Origin: an uncultured delta proteobacterium
GTDB taxonomy: Bacteria; Desulfobacterota; Binatia; JACPRU01
Reading direction: 5' to 3'
DNA: 64,000 nucleotides
Assembly (NCBI GenBank): GCA_963745025.1
Contig: CAVUWD010000011.1
Location: 352,001 to 416,000, forward strand
Positions 51,496-62,159 of the stretch are shown piece after piece; positions within the stretch are counted from its first letter, which is position 1, and each line of letters starts with the position of its first letter. Made by a program: the position numbers and the translations under genes. The notes under the pieces are model-generated. The model was not told the DNA's origin. It did not search any database and saw only the letters and a list, made by a program, of their open reading frames with translations.

Positions 51496-53091
51496 CTATT
51501 GGGAAACTGGTCGGCCCCGACCAACGTCGACGGGCTCCAAATACACCGGGGGCTCGCCGAGCATGAGCTTCACCTTCCCGGCTACGACGTCGATGGCTTT
51601 TGCTTCGAAAAAAGCCGGATAGTCCCTCTCGCTCAATTTCCTCTCCGGGGTTTGGAAGTCGAGTCCAAACGTCGGGACCGCCACGGTCGCCCTGATTCGC
51701 GCCGCGCGTACCTCCGGAAGCGGAAGGGTAACCTCGCCTGGCGCCCCCTCCCGGGTGCTCCACGCGACGTAAACGATCTTCTCACCTTTGCGGAACTGGA
51801 AGAGCGAGACGCCTTGAGATCCTGCATCCAGTTTGTGAACGTCCCCAGGATCGAAATCTCGCAGCTTCTCGACGAGGAGCTTATAACTGTAGTAGCTGAG
51901 CTTCTTGACGCCGTTCCCCGGGTCCGGACACGGCAATTGACTCGTCGGATCGCAATCCTCTCCCCTTCTGGCCGGCACGCCGTTGTACATGAGTCCGACG
52001 AAGTTGAAGATGACGTGAGCGTTGCCTTCGTAGGAGCGGTGCTCGAACAAGGTGGACCACGCGATGCGCTTGGCACCCGCCGCAAGATTCGCCACGAAGC
52101 GCTTGACGAGGAACCCGGCCTGGTCAGCCTCGCTCTGCGGCTTGTCCATCAGGTGCTTTCGCTCCTTCAGATCCATGCCGCTGTATGTCGCCCCCGCACG
52201 AATCACGAAGTCTTTCCTCCCATGACCTTCCGCGCCGAGGAAGCCGTAGAAGTCACGGACGCCGAAACCCTTCGCATTCCGTTCATACCCATCTGAGGTT
52301 CCGAACCAGTGCGATTCGAAGCAATCGAACGGTTCGGAGGCAAGCGGCGTGGAACGGAGTAGACGGAAAACGGATCGGTAGAATTCGACGTCGCCGCCAC
52401 CCTTGACCGGAGTGAACTTGCTCGAGGACCCCGCTAGAACGATCTGTGAACGCGGCGACGATTTCCGCAAGATTTCGGCTGAATCCAGCGCCAGATCCGC
52501 ATAGGCGCGAGCGGCCCCCTTCTTGCCAAAGCTTTGGTTGTAGTCGGCCTTGACCTCATTGTACACGCTCCACCGCACGACGAACCAGTCAGGATTTCCG
52601 GAGTGTTTTCGCCCACTGGCGTTCAAGAAAGCCACGAGAGCGGCGAGATAGTCGCGGTAGGATTGGCGAGAGCGCGGGCCTGCAGGCAGGTACGTCTTGC
52701 CATCGCGCCGCAGCTGGCCGTCACGGAAGCGATGAAGCGAGACGGGGTTAATGACGATCCACAAGCGAGCCCGTCCCTTGCCGACGATGGTTTCGACCAG
52801 CCTTTCGACCTCGGCGAAATCGTAGGCGGGTGCCAGGCATTCCTCGTCCTTACAGGTCTCGGCCTGTTTTCGGAAGGCCGAACCGACGACGAACCCCGCG
52901 CGCCCGCCGGTCTCGCTCAATCCGAGATCGTGCAGCACGACAGGCAATGCCTGCCGCTCACTCTCCGTGAAATACGCATTACTCAGCCCGAACGGGATCT
53001 CCACGAGACCGGTCGGGCTCGTCGACTCGAGCGCTCGGGCTTCGGGAGGGCGACCCATTCCCGCGAGGACCGTGAGCAACAAGACGAGCAT
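51496..53091 (-). CDS. Secreted clan GH-A-like TIM-barrel protein with C-terminal beta domain
   Basis: Signal-like N-terminus, WSVYNE, ESHWFG, FVGL, KKLSYYSYK, VYVAWS, PVYLE. Confidence 0.6.
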   Translation of the reverse strand: MLVLLLTVLAGMGRPPEARALESTSPTGLVEIPFGLSNAYFTESERQALPVVLHDLGLSETGGRAGFVVGSAFRKQAETCKDEECLAPAYDFAEVERLVETIVGKGRARLWIVINPVSLHRFRDGQLRRDGKTYLPAGPRSRQSYRDYLAALVAFLNASGRKHSGNPDWFVVRWSVYNEVKADYNQSFGKKGAARAYADLALDSAEILRKSSPRSQIVLAGSSSKFTPVKGGGDVEFYRSVFRLLRSTPLASEPFDCFESHWFGTSDGYERNAKGFGVRDFYGFLGAEGHGRKDFVIRAGATYSGMDLKERKHLMDKPQSEADQAGFLVKRFVANLAAGAKRIAWSTLFEHRSYEGNAHVIFNFVGLMYNGVPARRGEDCDPTSQLPCPDPGNGVKKLSYYSYKLLVEKLRDFDPGDVHKLDAGSQGVSLFQFRKGEKIVYVAWSTREGAPGEVTLPLPEVRAARIRATVAVPTFGLDFQTPERKLSERDYPAFFEAKAIDVVAGKVKLMLGEPPVYLEPVDVGRGRPVSQ

Positions 53092-53281
53092 GAATCGGAA
53101 GGGATCCGTGATCGTCACCCTCGTGTACCATCTCACACGCACCTCTCTGAAATCGGAGCGGTACCCTACGAAGCCTATCGACGCGCCTGCACGGGCTCGG
53201 CTCCAACGGGCGACGGCCGGAAAGGCGGCGCGCCCCCTGGGGCTCTCCGGATTTTCTTCGTACCCAGGATGCAGGACTACT

Positions 53282-53398
53282 TTAGTGGCCGGGCCAGGAT
53301 GCATAGACGGGGATCCTCGTCGCGTATGGGGCGACCTTGTTCTCAACGCGGTGCTCACCGGCGTGCATACCATTGTCGGAAGTGTAGAAGTAGAAGGT
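53282..53398 (-). pseudogene. Sulfatase fragment
   Basis: Manual translation TFYFYTSDNGMHAGEHRVENKVAPYATRIPVYASWPGH* (SDNG..GEH..K..PY motif). Confidence 0.6.
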
Positions 53399-53489
53399 AG
53401 CCGGTACTAGCGCCCGAAATCGACGTGGCTAGAGGACCCCTGCCAATTGCGGGGATGCGGCCGAATCTCGTGTAGGCCCATGCGAGCCG

Positions 53490-53670
53490 CGGAAAGCGGA
53501 GCGTATGCCAGTTTTCAGGACTATCAACAGTTCATCGTGCCCTTGGCGGATGCGGAAGCGGCAGGCACCGACTTTGCCGGAAGTGTCGGGTGCGGCAACC
53601 AAAGCGCCCAGTGCCTGCGCGCCACGTCAGCTAATACCCTCGTCAACGCGCAGCCAGGTAACCTCTATCA
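53490..53670 (+). pseudogene. Type-B carboxylesterase fragment
   Basis: ESGAY..LADAEAAG..FAGSVGC...AQCLRA..ANTLV; no start and no GxSxG. Confidence 0.55.
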
Positions 53671-53775
53671 ACGCTCCGGCCGATGCGAAAGGCGCCCCAG
53701 CTTCGAGAGGCTTGACTGCGCTTCGGTCTTGAAATGACGCGCTGAGCGGCGCTTGGTCTACACGCGAGCCCGGTA

Positions 53776-55116
53776 ATGGAGAAGCCCAAGGCATATGACA
53801 TCGCGGTGGTCGGCGGCGGGCCCGCGGGAGTGATTGCCGGCCGCGGGCTCGCCGCGCTCGGCCATCGCGTCGTCGTCTTCGTTCACCCGCGCCGTCATTC
53901 CGCGATCGAGGGGGTCTCCGAGCGAACGGCGAACGCCCTCCGTCTGGCGAGCTGCGAGGAGGCGCTCGGGATGCTCGGGCAGGCCCTTCCCCGCTTCTCG
54001 AGCTGGAACGGTGCGACGGTGGAGAGTGGCACAGAGCACCTGGTCGAGCGCAGGCGCCTCGACGAGGCTCTCCGCCGGGACGCCGAGCGAGCCGGGGTTC
54101 ACGTCGTCGAAGCGCGCTGCGACGGCTGGGAGGAGAGCGAGCGTGGCTGCCGCCTCGCCGCCCGACGAACGACGGGTAAGGCCCTCGTGACCGAGGCGGG
54201 CTTCGTGGTCGAGGCCCGCGGGCGCGCCGCGCCGCTCGACCGCGCGAGCGCCGTGCGGGGGCCCGCAAGCACCGCGCTCGCCCGTTCGTGGACGGCGCCC
54301 GGTTCCATCCGCGGCAGCGCCCTCGCTTCCTTCGAGCGCGGCTGGTGCTGGCTCGCCGCGCCGGAGACGGGGCCGGCCAACGTCCAGATCGTCGTCTCGA
54401 CCGAATCCGCCGAGTTCCTCTCGCGCCGCCGCCTCGAGGATTCCTACGAGTCGCTGCTTCGCGAGATCCCCGAGGCGCAGCAGTGGCTCGAGGGAGCGAG
54501 ACCTTGCTCCCCGGTCCGCGCTCGCGACGCCACGCCGATCCTTGGCGGCCGCCTGGTCTCGCCGCGGTCGCTACGCGTCGGCGATGCGGCCTTCGCAGTG
54601 GATCCGCTCTCAGGCCAGGGAATCTTCGAGGCGGTCGCGACGGGGCTCGCCGCCGTGCCCGTCGTGAACACGCTCCTGCGGCGAGCTCAGGATTGCTCCC
54701 TTGCCGAGGACTTCTACCGGCGGCGGATCGAGGAGACTTTTCTGCGCCTGGCACGCGCCGGCCGCGACTCGTACCGGGCGGAGCGGAGGTGGGACGACTC
54801 GCCCTTCTGGGGCGAGCGCCGCGCTTGGCCAGACGACGAGCCCGGGCGGGCGGCCGCCGGACCGGCCTTGGTGCAGACCGTCGCGGTCTCCGAGGATGGC
54901 TACGTCGTCTCGCGAAGAGCCGTCGTCACGCCCGATCACCCTCGCGGCGTGTGGCGGCTCGACGACGTCGAACTCGTCCCGCTTCTCGAGTTCGCCGAAG
55001 CGCGCCGCGGCGAAGCGGAGCAGGACGTCGCCGCCGCCTACGCGGCGCGCTCTGGCCCGCCGCGCCCGTCGGTCGACCGCGCGCTCTCGTGGCTCCGCCA
55101 CCGGGGCCTCATCTGA
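53776..55116 (+). CDS. qhpG: FAD-dependent monooxygenase for CTQ biogenesis
   Basis: GGGPAG, EGVSER, VEARGR, VGDAAFAVDPLSGQGIF; adjacent to the qhp operon. Confidence 0.82.
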   Translation: MEKPKAYDIAVVGGGPAGVIAGRGLAALGHRVVVFVHPRRHSAIEGVSERTANALRLASCEEALGMLGQALPRFSSWNGATVESGTEHLVERRRLDEALRRDAERAGVHVVEARCDGWEESERGCRLAARRTTGKALVTEAGFVVEARGRAAPLDRASAVRGPASTALARSWTAPGSIRGSALASFERGWCWLAAPETGPANVQIVVSTESAEFLSRRRLEDSYESLLREIPEAQQWLEGARPCSPVRARDATPILGGRLVSPRSLRVGDAAFAVDPLSGQGIFEAVATGLAAVPVVNTLLRRAQDCSLAEDFYRRRIEETFLRLARAGRDSYRAERRWDDSPFWGERRAWPDDEPGRAAAGPALVQTVAVSEDGYVVSRRAVVTPDHPRGVWRLDDVELVPLLEFAEARRGEAEQDVAAAYAARSGPPRPSVDRALSWLRHRGLI

Positions 55117-55813
55117 TCGTCTCTCCGCTCGCCGGGGCGCCGCCGCGCCGCTCGGGGCCCCGATGGCGGGCGGCGGTCTCGAGGAATCGCGCGACCGCCG
55201 CGGCGTCGGCCTCCGGCCGCTCCGCGAGAAAGGCCGCGGCCCTCCCGGTCAGTTGGGCGACGGCCGCGCTGGCCCCGCGGACGCGCGCATCGCTGGTCTG
55301 CGGGCAGGCGCCGAAGTCCGCTTGCGCGCTTCCCAGAAAAGACACGTCCCCCGGAGCGCAGCGCGCGTCTCCCGAGACGCGGATCACGCCCGGATACGCG
55401 GCCGGAAACACGGCGGGGCCTCGGGCGGGGGCCGCAGCCAGAAGAATTGCACCTGCGGCCTGCGCCGCCGCGCACGCCGCGCGCAGCACATCGCGGTCGC
55501 TCCGCACCCCGAAGCTCATGTTGACGAGCCGCGCCCCCTGCTCGACCACCCAGCCGAGGGCGGCGGCGACGACGGCGGGCGGCGCTTCCATCCTGCGATG
55601 GAAGACCTGGGCGCTCGCGATCCTCGCCGTCGGAGCCGCGACAAGGATCGTACGGGCGACCGAGGATCCGTGGCCGATCGCGTCGGCGCTCGCCGGGCGG
55701 CGCTCGATTCGTTCGCCGTCGCCGAGCACGAAGGCGCTTTGGACTGCGACGCAATCGCCGAGCTCGCTCGCCACGCCGCTGTCGAGCAGGCCGACGAGGA
55801 CCTCGCCGCTCAC
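55109..55813 (-). CDS. qhpE: Subtilisin-like leader peptidase
   Basis: GLLDSG, DAIGHG, VNMSFG, GASAA; 234 aa within the qhp operon. Confidence 0.85.
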   Translation of the reverse strand: MSGEVLVGLLDSGVASELGDCVAVQSAFVLGDGERIERRPASADAIGHGSSVARTILVAAPTARIASAQVFHRRMEAPPAVVAAALGWVVEQGARLVNMSFGVRSDRDVLRAACAAAQAAGAILLAAAPARGPAVFPAAYPGVIRVSGDARCAPGDVSFLGSAQADFGACPQTSDARVRGASAAVAQLTGRAAAFLAERPEADAAAVARFLETAARHRGPERRGGAPASGETIR

Positions 55814-57534
55814 GCGCGCGCTCCGGCCTCGCCGGTCGGTCGCGGCACGAGCTTCCCGTCGACCAGCTCGAGCAGCCGGTCGGCTCCCGCGAGCGCCTCT
55901 GCGTGATGGCTGATGACGATCCGGGTCACGGGGAAGAGCCTGTCGATGGCGGCGACGATGCGCGCCTGCGCCGGAGCATCGACCGCGGAGGTGGCTTCGT
56001 CGAGCACCAGCACGAGCGGGCGCTGGAGGAGCGCCCGGGCGATCGCCAGCCGCTGGCGCTGCCCTCCCGAGAGCGCGGCGCCGCGCGGGCCGATCTCGGT
56101 GTCGTAACCGTGCGGCAGGCCGGCCACGAAGCCGCCGAGCTCAGCGAGCGCCGCCGCCGAGCGCACCTCCTCGTCGGTCGCCTCCGGTGCGGCGTAGCGG
56201 ATGTTGTCGGCGATCGTCCCCGAGAGCACGGGCGCATCCTGCGCCACGACGGCGACCCGCCGGCGAAGCTCGCCGAGGTCGAGATCGCGGAGGTCGACGC
56301 CGTCGAGCAGGATCCGCCCGCTCGCCGGGTCGTAGTGGCGGTGAAGAAGGTCGATCAGCGTCGTCTTGCCGGCGCCCGAAGCGCCGACTACGGCCACCTT
56401 CGATCCAGCGGGAACGACGCCGTCGATCGTGTCGAGCAGGCGCTCCGTTCTTCCCTGGTGCGAGAACGTCACGCCTTCGAAGCGAATCTCGCCGCGAGCG
56501 TCCGCGGGAAGCGGCCGCGGGTGAGCGGGCGGCTCGACCGCGGTCGGCTCGTCGAGGAGCTCGCGCACGCGCTCGGCGCTGACGCGCGCGCGGCGGGCCG
56601 CCACGTAGACCCCGAGGAGCGTCTGCACGGGCGCCGTGGCCCGGGTGAGATAGGCGGAGAAGGCGATGAGACCGCCGAGCGAGAGCCGGCCGCGGGCGAC
56701 GAGAACGGCGCCCGCCACGAACACCGCCGCCGTCGAAGCCGTCACCATGAGGCCGGGCACGGCACCGGTCGCGAACTGCGTCATCTGAAGACGGAGGAGG
56801 TCGTCGAGAAAGCTCCGGTTGAGCGACGAGAGCCGGATCGCCTCGCGCTCCTCGGCTGCCACCGACTGAACGAGCTTCATGGCTCCCAGCGTCTCGACGA
56901 GAAAGACGGTGATCGCCGAGGCGCGGCGGCGCACGGCGCGGGTACGCTCCTCGATCGAGCGGCGCATGCCGCGCAGGAACAGCACCTCCGCCGGCAGAAG
57001 CGCGAGCGCGAGCAGCGAGAGCGCCGGGCTCAGCACGACCAGGAAGCCGAGCGCCCCGGCGAGCATGATCACGGCGTTCGCCGAGGAGAGTAGCGGATCG
57101 ATGGCAAAGCGCTGGATCTCGGCCACGTCGCCGTCGAGCCGCGCGAGCAGCTCCCCCGGCGCCGTACGGGCATAGAAGGCCGGCGACAGTCGCTCGAGGT
57201 GGCGATAGACCGACTCGCGCAGCGCAAACAGCACGCGGGCCGAGAGCGACACGTATTGCCACTGGTTGGCGGCCCCGAGCGCCGTCGCCAGGACGGCGGC
57301 GGCGAGGATCAGCGCGGCAACACGCGCGACCACGTCGACGCGCGCGTGCAGCAGGCCATCGTCGATCAGCAGCTTCGTCAGGTAGGGCTGCACGAGCGCC
57401 AGCGCGGAGCTCGCGAGCGCGAGGGCGAGCACGAGCACGAGCCGCCGAGCGTGCGGACGGACGTAGCCGAAGAGCCAGCGGAGGTCATCGCCGCGGGGGC
57501 CCGCTTGCGGCTCTCGAGACCCCCCGCGGCTCAA
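55810..57534 (-). CDS. qhpF: ABC exporter (TMD plus NBD)
   Basis: GASGAGKT, LSGGQRQR, LDEATS; operon context. Confidence 0.85.
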   Translation of the reverse strand: MSRGGSREPQAGPRGDDLRWLFGYVRPHARRLVLVLALALASSALALVQPYLTKLLIDDGLLHARVDVVARVAALILAAAVLATALGAANQWQYVSLSARVLFALRESVYRHLERLSPAFYARTAPGELLARLDGDVAEIQRFAIDPLLSSANAVIMLAGALGFLVVLSPALSLLALALLPAEVLFLRGMRRSIEERTRAVRRRASAITVFLVETLGAMKLVQSVAAEEREAIRLSSLNRSFLDDLLRLQMTQFATGAVPGLMVTASTAAVFVAGAVLVARGRLSLGGLIAFSAYLTRATAPVQTLLGVYVAARRARVSAERVRELLDEPTAVEPPAHPRPLPADARGEIRFEGVTFSHQGRTERLLDTIDGVVPAGSKVAVVGASGAGKTTLIDLLHRHYDPASGRILLDGVDLRDLDLGELRRRVAVVAQDAPVLSGTIADNIRYAAPEATDEEVRSAAALAELGGFVAGLPHGYDTEIGPRGAALSGGQRQRLAIARALLQRPLVLVLDEATSAVDAPAQARIVAAIDRLFPVTRIVISHHAEALAGADRLLELVDGKLVPRPTGEAGARA

Positions 57535-57553
57535 TTGCCCGCTCCGAGGAGCC

Positions 57554-58669
57554 TCAGCGCCGGATCAGCCGCAGCGAGGCCGTCGCCTGATCCCCGCCCC
57601 CCGGCAGCCGGATGATGGCGAGCCGCTTCAGCGAATCGGTGGAATACACGCCGATTTGGTCCATGGCGCCTCCGAGGTAGACCTCCCGCCCGTCGCTCGA
57701 GATGTTGATCGCGTAGTAGGTGTGGTCGACGTCGATGCGCTTCACGACCTTGTGGCTCCGGCGGTCGAGCTTCGTGAGGGTCGCGTAGACGAGGAAGACC
57801 TCGTCCCGCCGGATCGGGTTCACGACTCCCGAGAAGATCACCTTGGTGGTGTTCTCGAAATCCTCCATCGCGAACTCGCCGCTCGCGAGATCCAGACTGA
57901 GGAGGCCGGTACGCGCCGCGCCGGGGTCCGTCGGCGGAACGTCGCTGCGCATCACGTTGTAGGGTGAGACCAGAATCCCGGAGGCCTCCCACTGCGGCCA
58001 CATGTCGAGCACGTCGGGTTCGCCGTATCCCGGGCGCCCCCAGTGCCGCACCTCGTGCCGGCCGAGCACGGTGCCGGTCGCCGGGTCGAGGACGAGCAGG
58101 TCCCAGCCGAGCGCGTAGAGCTTCGAGCCGTCGCGCGAGAATGCGAGGAGCGAGGTACGCCGGGGACCGGGCAACACGCGCGCCGGCTTTGCCGCCATTC
58201 CGTCCGCGGTGCGGTAGACGGCGATGCGGGTGTCCTTCACGTGGTACTCGTCGGGCGCGAGCTCCACGGGCGATTGGAAGGCGTAGAGCTCCTTGCCGTC
58301 CGGGCTGATCTCCGCGACGATCGCCTTGACGCGCTCCGCCGTGACGCGCTCCGACGGCGGCGTCGAGAAGTCGGCGCGGAACACCTCCTGTCCGCTGTCG
58401 AGGTCGATGCCGACGATGCTCTCCCAGCGGTTGACGACGACGTAGGCGACCTTCCCGTCGGGCGAGGGAACGATGAACCCCGGGCCAGGCGCGCCGTCGC
58501 GCAGCGTGTAGGTGCGCTCGACCTTACGCGCCGCGACGTCGACGAGCACGAGCTTGTCGGGCTTGACGCCCGCAAGCAGAAAGTCTTTGGCGGCCGCCGG
58601 CGCCGAAGACGCCGCCAGCGCGGTCACACAGAGGAAAATACCGAGCCGCTGCGAGCATGCGCGAATCAT
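57554..58669 (-). CDS. qhpB: Quinohemoprotein amine dehydrogenase beta subunit (beta-propeller)
   Basis: Signal peptide, [32 protein letters not shown]. Confidence 0.9.
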   Translation of the reverse strand: MIRACSQRLGIFLCVTALAASSAPAAAKDFLLAGVKPDKLVLVDVAARKVERTYTLRDGAPGPGFIVPSPDGKVAYVVVNRWESIVGIDLDSGQEVFRADFSTPPSERVTAERVKAIVAEISPDGKELYAFQSPVELAPDEYHVKDTRIAVYRTADGMAAKPARVLPGPRRTSLLAFSRDGSKLYALGWDLLVLDPATGTVLGRHEVRHWGRPGYGEPDVLDMWPQWEASGILVSPYNVMRSDVPPTDPGAARTGLLSLDLASGEFAMEDFENTTKVIFSGVVNPIRRDEVFLVYATLTKLDRRSHKVVKRIDVDHTYYAINISSDGREVYLGGAMDQIGVYSTDSLKRLAIIRLPGGGDQATASLRLIRR

Positions 58670-58989
58670 CGCTTGGGGAAGACCTCCGCGAGACGCCGCC
58701 AGTCGCGCTGCGCCGACTCGGCGCCCTTGTTCCAGTCCGGGTAGCTGTTGAGCGTGTCGGGCACCTGCGCGGGCCACCAGCAGGGGTCGGAGCACCCGTA
58801 GAGGTCGGCCTCCATCGGCTGGCAGAGGCTCGCCACGCCGCCGAAGGGGTCGACCTCCCAGCCGGGATCGAAGGTCGCGGTGCAGCCGGCCGGCACGGTC
58901 TGCATCAGGCGCACCTCGTCGAGCTTTCCCTGCTCGGCGAGGCGCACCAGGTGCCGGGCCTTCGCGTTCAGCGGCTTCAGGTGCCTCAT
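58666..58989 (-). CDS. qhpC: QHNDH gamma subunit (CTQ precursor peptide)
   Basis: Leader [11 protein letters not shown]..; core [37 protein letters not shown]. Confidence 0.97.
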   Translation of the reverse strand: MRHLKPLNAKARHLVRLAEQGKLDEVRLMQTVPAGCTATFDPGWEVDPFGGVASLCQPMEADLYGCSDPCWWPAQVPDTLNSYPDWNKGAESAQRDWRRLAEVFPKR

Positions 58990-60416
58990 CGGTCTCTCCT
59001 CCTCGGCTCGACGTGACGCTCGAAGAAGCCCGGGTTCGCGGCCGTGATTCGGGCGTAGACGCCGACGCCGAAGTCCACCCAGTCGCGCAGGATGTCGCAG
59101 TAGTGAGCGACCGGGTGAAGCGGGTCGCCGTAGCGCGCGTACGACTCGTGGTAGCAGCCGCCGGAGCAGAGGTTGCGGATGCGGCAGGTTTCGCACGGTC
59201 GTCCGCTTCGGTCCTGGGCGCCGTCGAGAAACGCCCCGAGCCGTTCATGGTCGACGCCGTGCTCGACGTCCCCGAAGCGAGGCAGGCTCGAGCCCGTGAA
59301 GCGATGGCACAAGTTGAGACCGCCCTCGCGGTCTACGGCGAGCATGCCGACGCCCGCGCCGCAGGGAAGCGACTTCGCGCGCCCTTCGTAAAGATCGGTC
59401 ATGAGCTGATGCATGTTCCCGAAGCCGATGTTCTCGTCGCGGATCGCCGCGCGCCCGTACTCCTCGCCGAGCCGCTTCATGCCGTCGAATACGGCGACGA
59501 GATCCTCGTCGGAAAGCCGGAACGAGGCGGAGGCGCCCGAGGTGACCGGCGCGAAGCCGACCTCGAAGAATCCGATCTCCTCCCGCAGGTGGCGATGGAT
59601 GAGCACGACGTCGGTGACGCCTCGCGTGAGCGTGACCCGCGCGCCGACCGGGCGGGAGCGGTAGCGGGAGAGAAGCTTGCGCACGTTCCGCGCGACGACG
59701 TCGTAGGTTCCAATCCCGCCCACCGTCAGGCGGTTCCGGTCGTGGAGCGCCTTCGGTCCATCCATGCTCACCGTGAGGCCGAAGCGGTGCTCGTCGAAGT
59801 ACTCGACGAGCGGGTCCGAGAGCAGGGTGGCGTTCGTCGTCAGGCTGAAGTCGACGGCCTTGCCCGCTTCGGCCGCCCGCTTCTTGGCGTAGGCGACGAC
59901 GTCGCGGATGAGCGGCATGGCGGTGAGCGGCTCGCCGCCGAAGAACACCACGTTGACGCTCGGGCGCTCCGCCGCCTCGCGCAGCAGCAGCTCGAAGGCC
60001 CCGATCGCGGTGTCTAGGCTCATGCGCTGGCCCTCGGCGGGCGCGGCGAGATCCTCCTTGTAGCAGTACGTGCAGCTCAGGTTGCAGCCGGTGTTGACGT
60101 TGAGCACGATCGTGCTGAGCGGGGTAGCGCGCACGTGCATGGGCGCGCGCTCGGGCCAGCCCGGCGCGCCGCCGCCGACGATTCCGAGACCGCGGAGCTC
60201 GCCGAGCGCCTCGGCGATCTCGTCGGGGGTGGCGCGGCCATCGAAGCGGCGCCTCAGCTCGTCCTCGGTGACGGCGCGCTTTCCCCGGAAGAGATCGAGC
60301 AGCTCCGCGGTCACGGCGTCGAGTTCGAAGAGGCTCGTCGTCGGCACGTGGAAGAGCAGGCGTCCGCCGTCCACGTCGATCTCGCGTACGTCCGATTCTC
60401 GCAGCTCGAGCGTCAT
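58986..60416 (-). CDS. qhpD: Radical SAM/SPASM thioether-forming maturase
   Basis: [37 protein letters not shown]. Confidence 0.95.
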   Translation of the reverse strand: MTLELRESDVREIDVDGGRLLFHVPTTSLFELDAVTAELLDLFRGKRAVTEDELRRRFDGRATPDEIAEALGELRGLGIVGGGAPGWPERAPMHVRATPLSTIVLNVNTGCNLSCTYCYKEDLAAPAEGQRMSLDTAIGAFELLLREAAERPSVNVVFFGGEPLTAMPLIRDVVAYAKKRAAEAGKAVDFSLTTNATLLSDPLVEYFDEHRFGLTVSMDGPKALHDRNRLTVGGIGTYDVVARNVRKLLSRYRSRPVGARVTLTRGVTDVVLIHRHLREEIGFFEVGFAPVTSGASASFRLSDEDLVAVFDGMKRLGEEYGRAAIRDENIGFGNMHQLMTDLYEGRAKSLPCGAGVGMLAVDREGGLNLCHRFTGSSLPRFGDVEHGVDHERLGAFLDGAQDRSGRPCETCRIRNLCSGGCYHESYARYGDPLHPVAHYCDILRDWVDFGVGVYARITAANPGFFERHVEPRRRDR

Positions 60417-60535
60417 CAGGCGGCTCTCTCTAATTTACTCAGCGCAGCGTCGCTGCAACCGAAACGCACGACGGCGACGCTGCCTCGTATCTCATACCTT
60501 CATCAAAAAACGAGAATTCCTACCGTAGTCGTAGC

Positions 60536-62107
60536 TCAGCGCAGCGGCGGATCGACCCAGCGCTGCAGCGTGACGATCAGATGGGCGATCCCTTCGACCG
60601 TTCGCCCGCCATCGGCGACCGCGGCTCGGACCGTGAGGTCGCCCGCGTTGTTGGTGTGATAGGGGCGCTCGGGGTTGGGCCCAGCCTCCGCCGGCATGAA
60701 GAGGCCGCCCGGCTCCATGGTGCCCGCGTACTTTGCGTCCTTCAGCTTCGCGGCTGCCTTGTCGAAGCCGACGACGGACCAGCGCGCCTTCATCGCCCCG
60801 AGGCGCACGTCGTCTTCGGTGCCGGGCTTGCCGTCGGGTCCGTCGAGGTACGCGACCGCATCGAACTGGGCCGGGACCGGCGCCTTCGCGCCACCCCCGC
60901 CGCCCACGCGAGCGATCGCGTAGGGGGGCTCCACGCGCACGGAGTCGATCTTCTCATAGACCGCGAAGAGGCCGCGAGCCTGGGCCTTCCCGACCGCCAC
61001 CTCGCGCCGGCCGGCCGCCGCGCCGCGCGTGGCGCGAGCGAGCACGCGCACCGTGTCGGCGGTCGCCTCGCGGCCCTCGATCTCAACGCCGTCGCCGAGG
61101 CTCACATCGCCGGCGAGGCCGACTCCATGGATCGACACCTCGGTCCGCTCACCGCTCCGCAGGAAGGAGGGCTCGACCGCGAGGATTCGCGGCTCGCCGC
61201 CGTCGCGCACGCCGCGCAGATCCGCGCCGAGCGAGTCGCTGTCGACGAGGAACGAGCGACCCGAAAGCTCTTTGCCGTCTTCGGAAAGCGCCAGCACCTG
61301 CGACACGTTCTCATTTCCGAGCTCGAGGCTCCCCCGCCACTCGTAGCCCGTGTAGACGATGGCGCTCCCCTTACCCGAGGCCTTGGTGCCATCGGCGTAG
61401 CGGACCTCGAGCGACACCGCGTACTCGTCGGCCGCCGAGCGGGTGACCGACATGCGCCCCTCGTAGTCTCCCTTGCCGGGACGATGGCCCACGACCCGCC
61501 ACGAGCCCGAAAAATCCGCCTTCTCGTGCCGTTGCCACTGCGTCCACGCGGGCGTCGACAGCGGGTAGAGAGCGGCGAGGCGATCGGGCACGCGCGTGCT
61601 GGCGATCTCCCACCAGTTACGGTCGCGCCCGCGGGACTGGTACTCGAGGGTCGGCCATTGGCCGAGGTGAAAATGCGCGAGCTTCAGCCACTCCGCCGTC
61701 TCGCGGCGCTCCAGGGCGAACCGCGCGTAGCTGTGACAGCGGCCGCAGACGACGGCGAGCTCCTCGTCGGGCGGCGCCTCGACCACGTCCGTACGGCGCT
61801 CCAGGGCATAGCGAAAGCCGCGTGTCTCTTCGGGAGCGAGCCCCTGCGTGTCGGCAAGGTACTTCACGAGCGCCCGACGTTCCTCGTCGGTGACCTGCAG
61901 GTTGTGGATATGCTGCATGCGCTGGATGTTCATCAACCAGCCTTCGGGGGTCTTCCGCTCCTCGTTGATGCGGCTCAGGCGGACGCCGTCGAGAAGGCGG
62001 TGGCAAGCGCCGCAGCGTGTCCGCAGAAGCTCCGGCGCATCTGCCGCACGCAGTGTGGGCGCGCCGCCGAGCAGCACCGCCACGACGCATGACGCGAGCA
62101 GCCTCAT
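60536..62107 (-). CDS. qhpA: QHNDH alpha subunit (diheme c)
   Basis: Signal peptide, CGACH and CGRCH, RKTPEGW, HLGQWPTLEYQ, NNAGDL, QRWVDPPLR. Confidence 0.95.
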   Translation of the reverse strand: MRLLASCVVAVLLGGAPTLRAADAPELLRTRCGACHRLLDGVRLSRINEERKTPEGWLMNIQRMQHIHNLQVTDEERRALVKYLADTQGLAPEETRGFRYALERRTDVVEAPPDEELAVVCGRCHSYARFALERRETAEWLKLAHFHLGQWPTLEYQSRGRDRNWWEIASTRVPDRLAALYPLSTPAWTQWQRHEKADFSGSWRVVGHRPGKGDYEGRMSVTRSAADEYAVSLEVRYADGTKASGKGSAIVYTGYEWRGSLELGNENVSQVLALSEDGKELSGRSFLVDSDSLGADLRGVRDGGEPRILAVEPSFLRSGERTEVSIHGVGLAGDVSLGDGVEIEGREATADTVRVLARATRGAAAGRREVAVGKAQARGLFAVYEKIDSVRVEPPYAIARVGGGGGAKAPVPAQFDAVAYLDGPDGKPGTEDDVRLGAMKARWSVVGFDKAAAKLKDAKYAGTMEPGGLFMPAEAGPNPERPYHTNNAGDLTVRAAVADGGRTVEGIAHLIVTLQRWVDPPLR

Positions 62108-62159
62108 CTCAGGTCGGCTCTCTAACCCGGCACGCTGGCCGGCCGCAAGGACAATCGCA

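Noticed and set aside
57554-59248. 564-aa ORF as a single protein
   Set aside because: The N-terminal part is an off-frame overlap of qhpD/qhpC; qhpB starts at 58669
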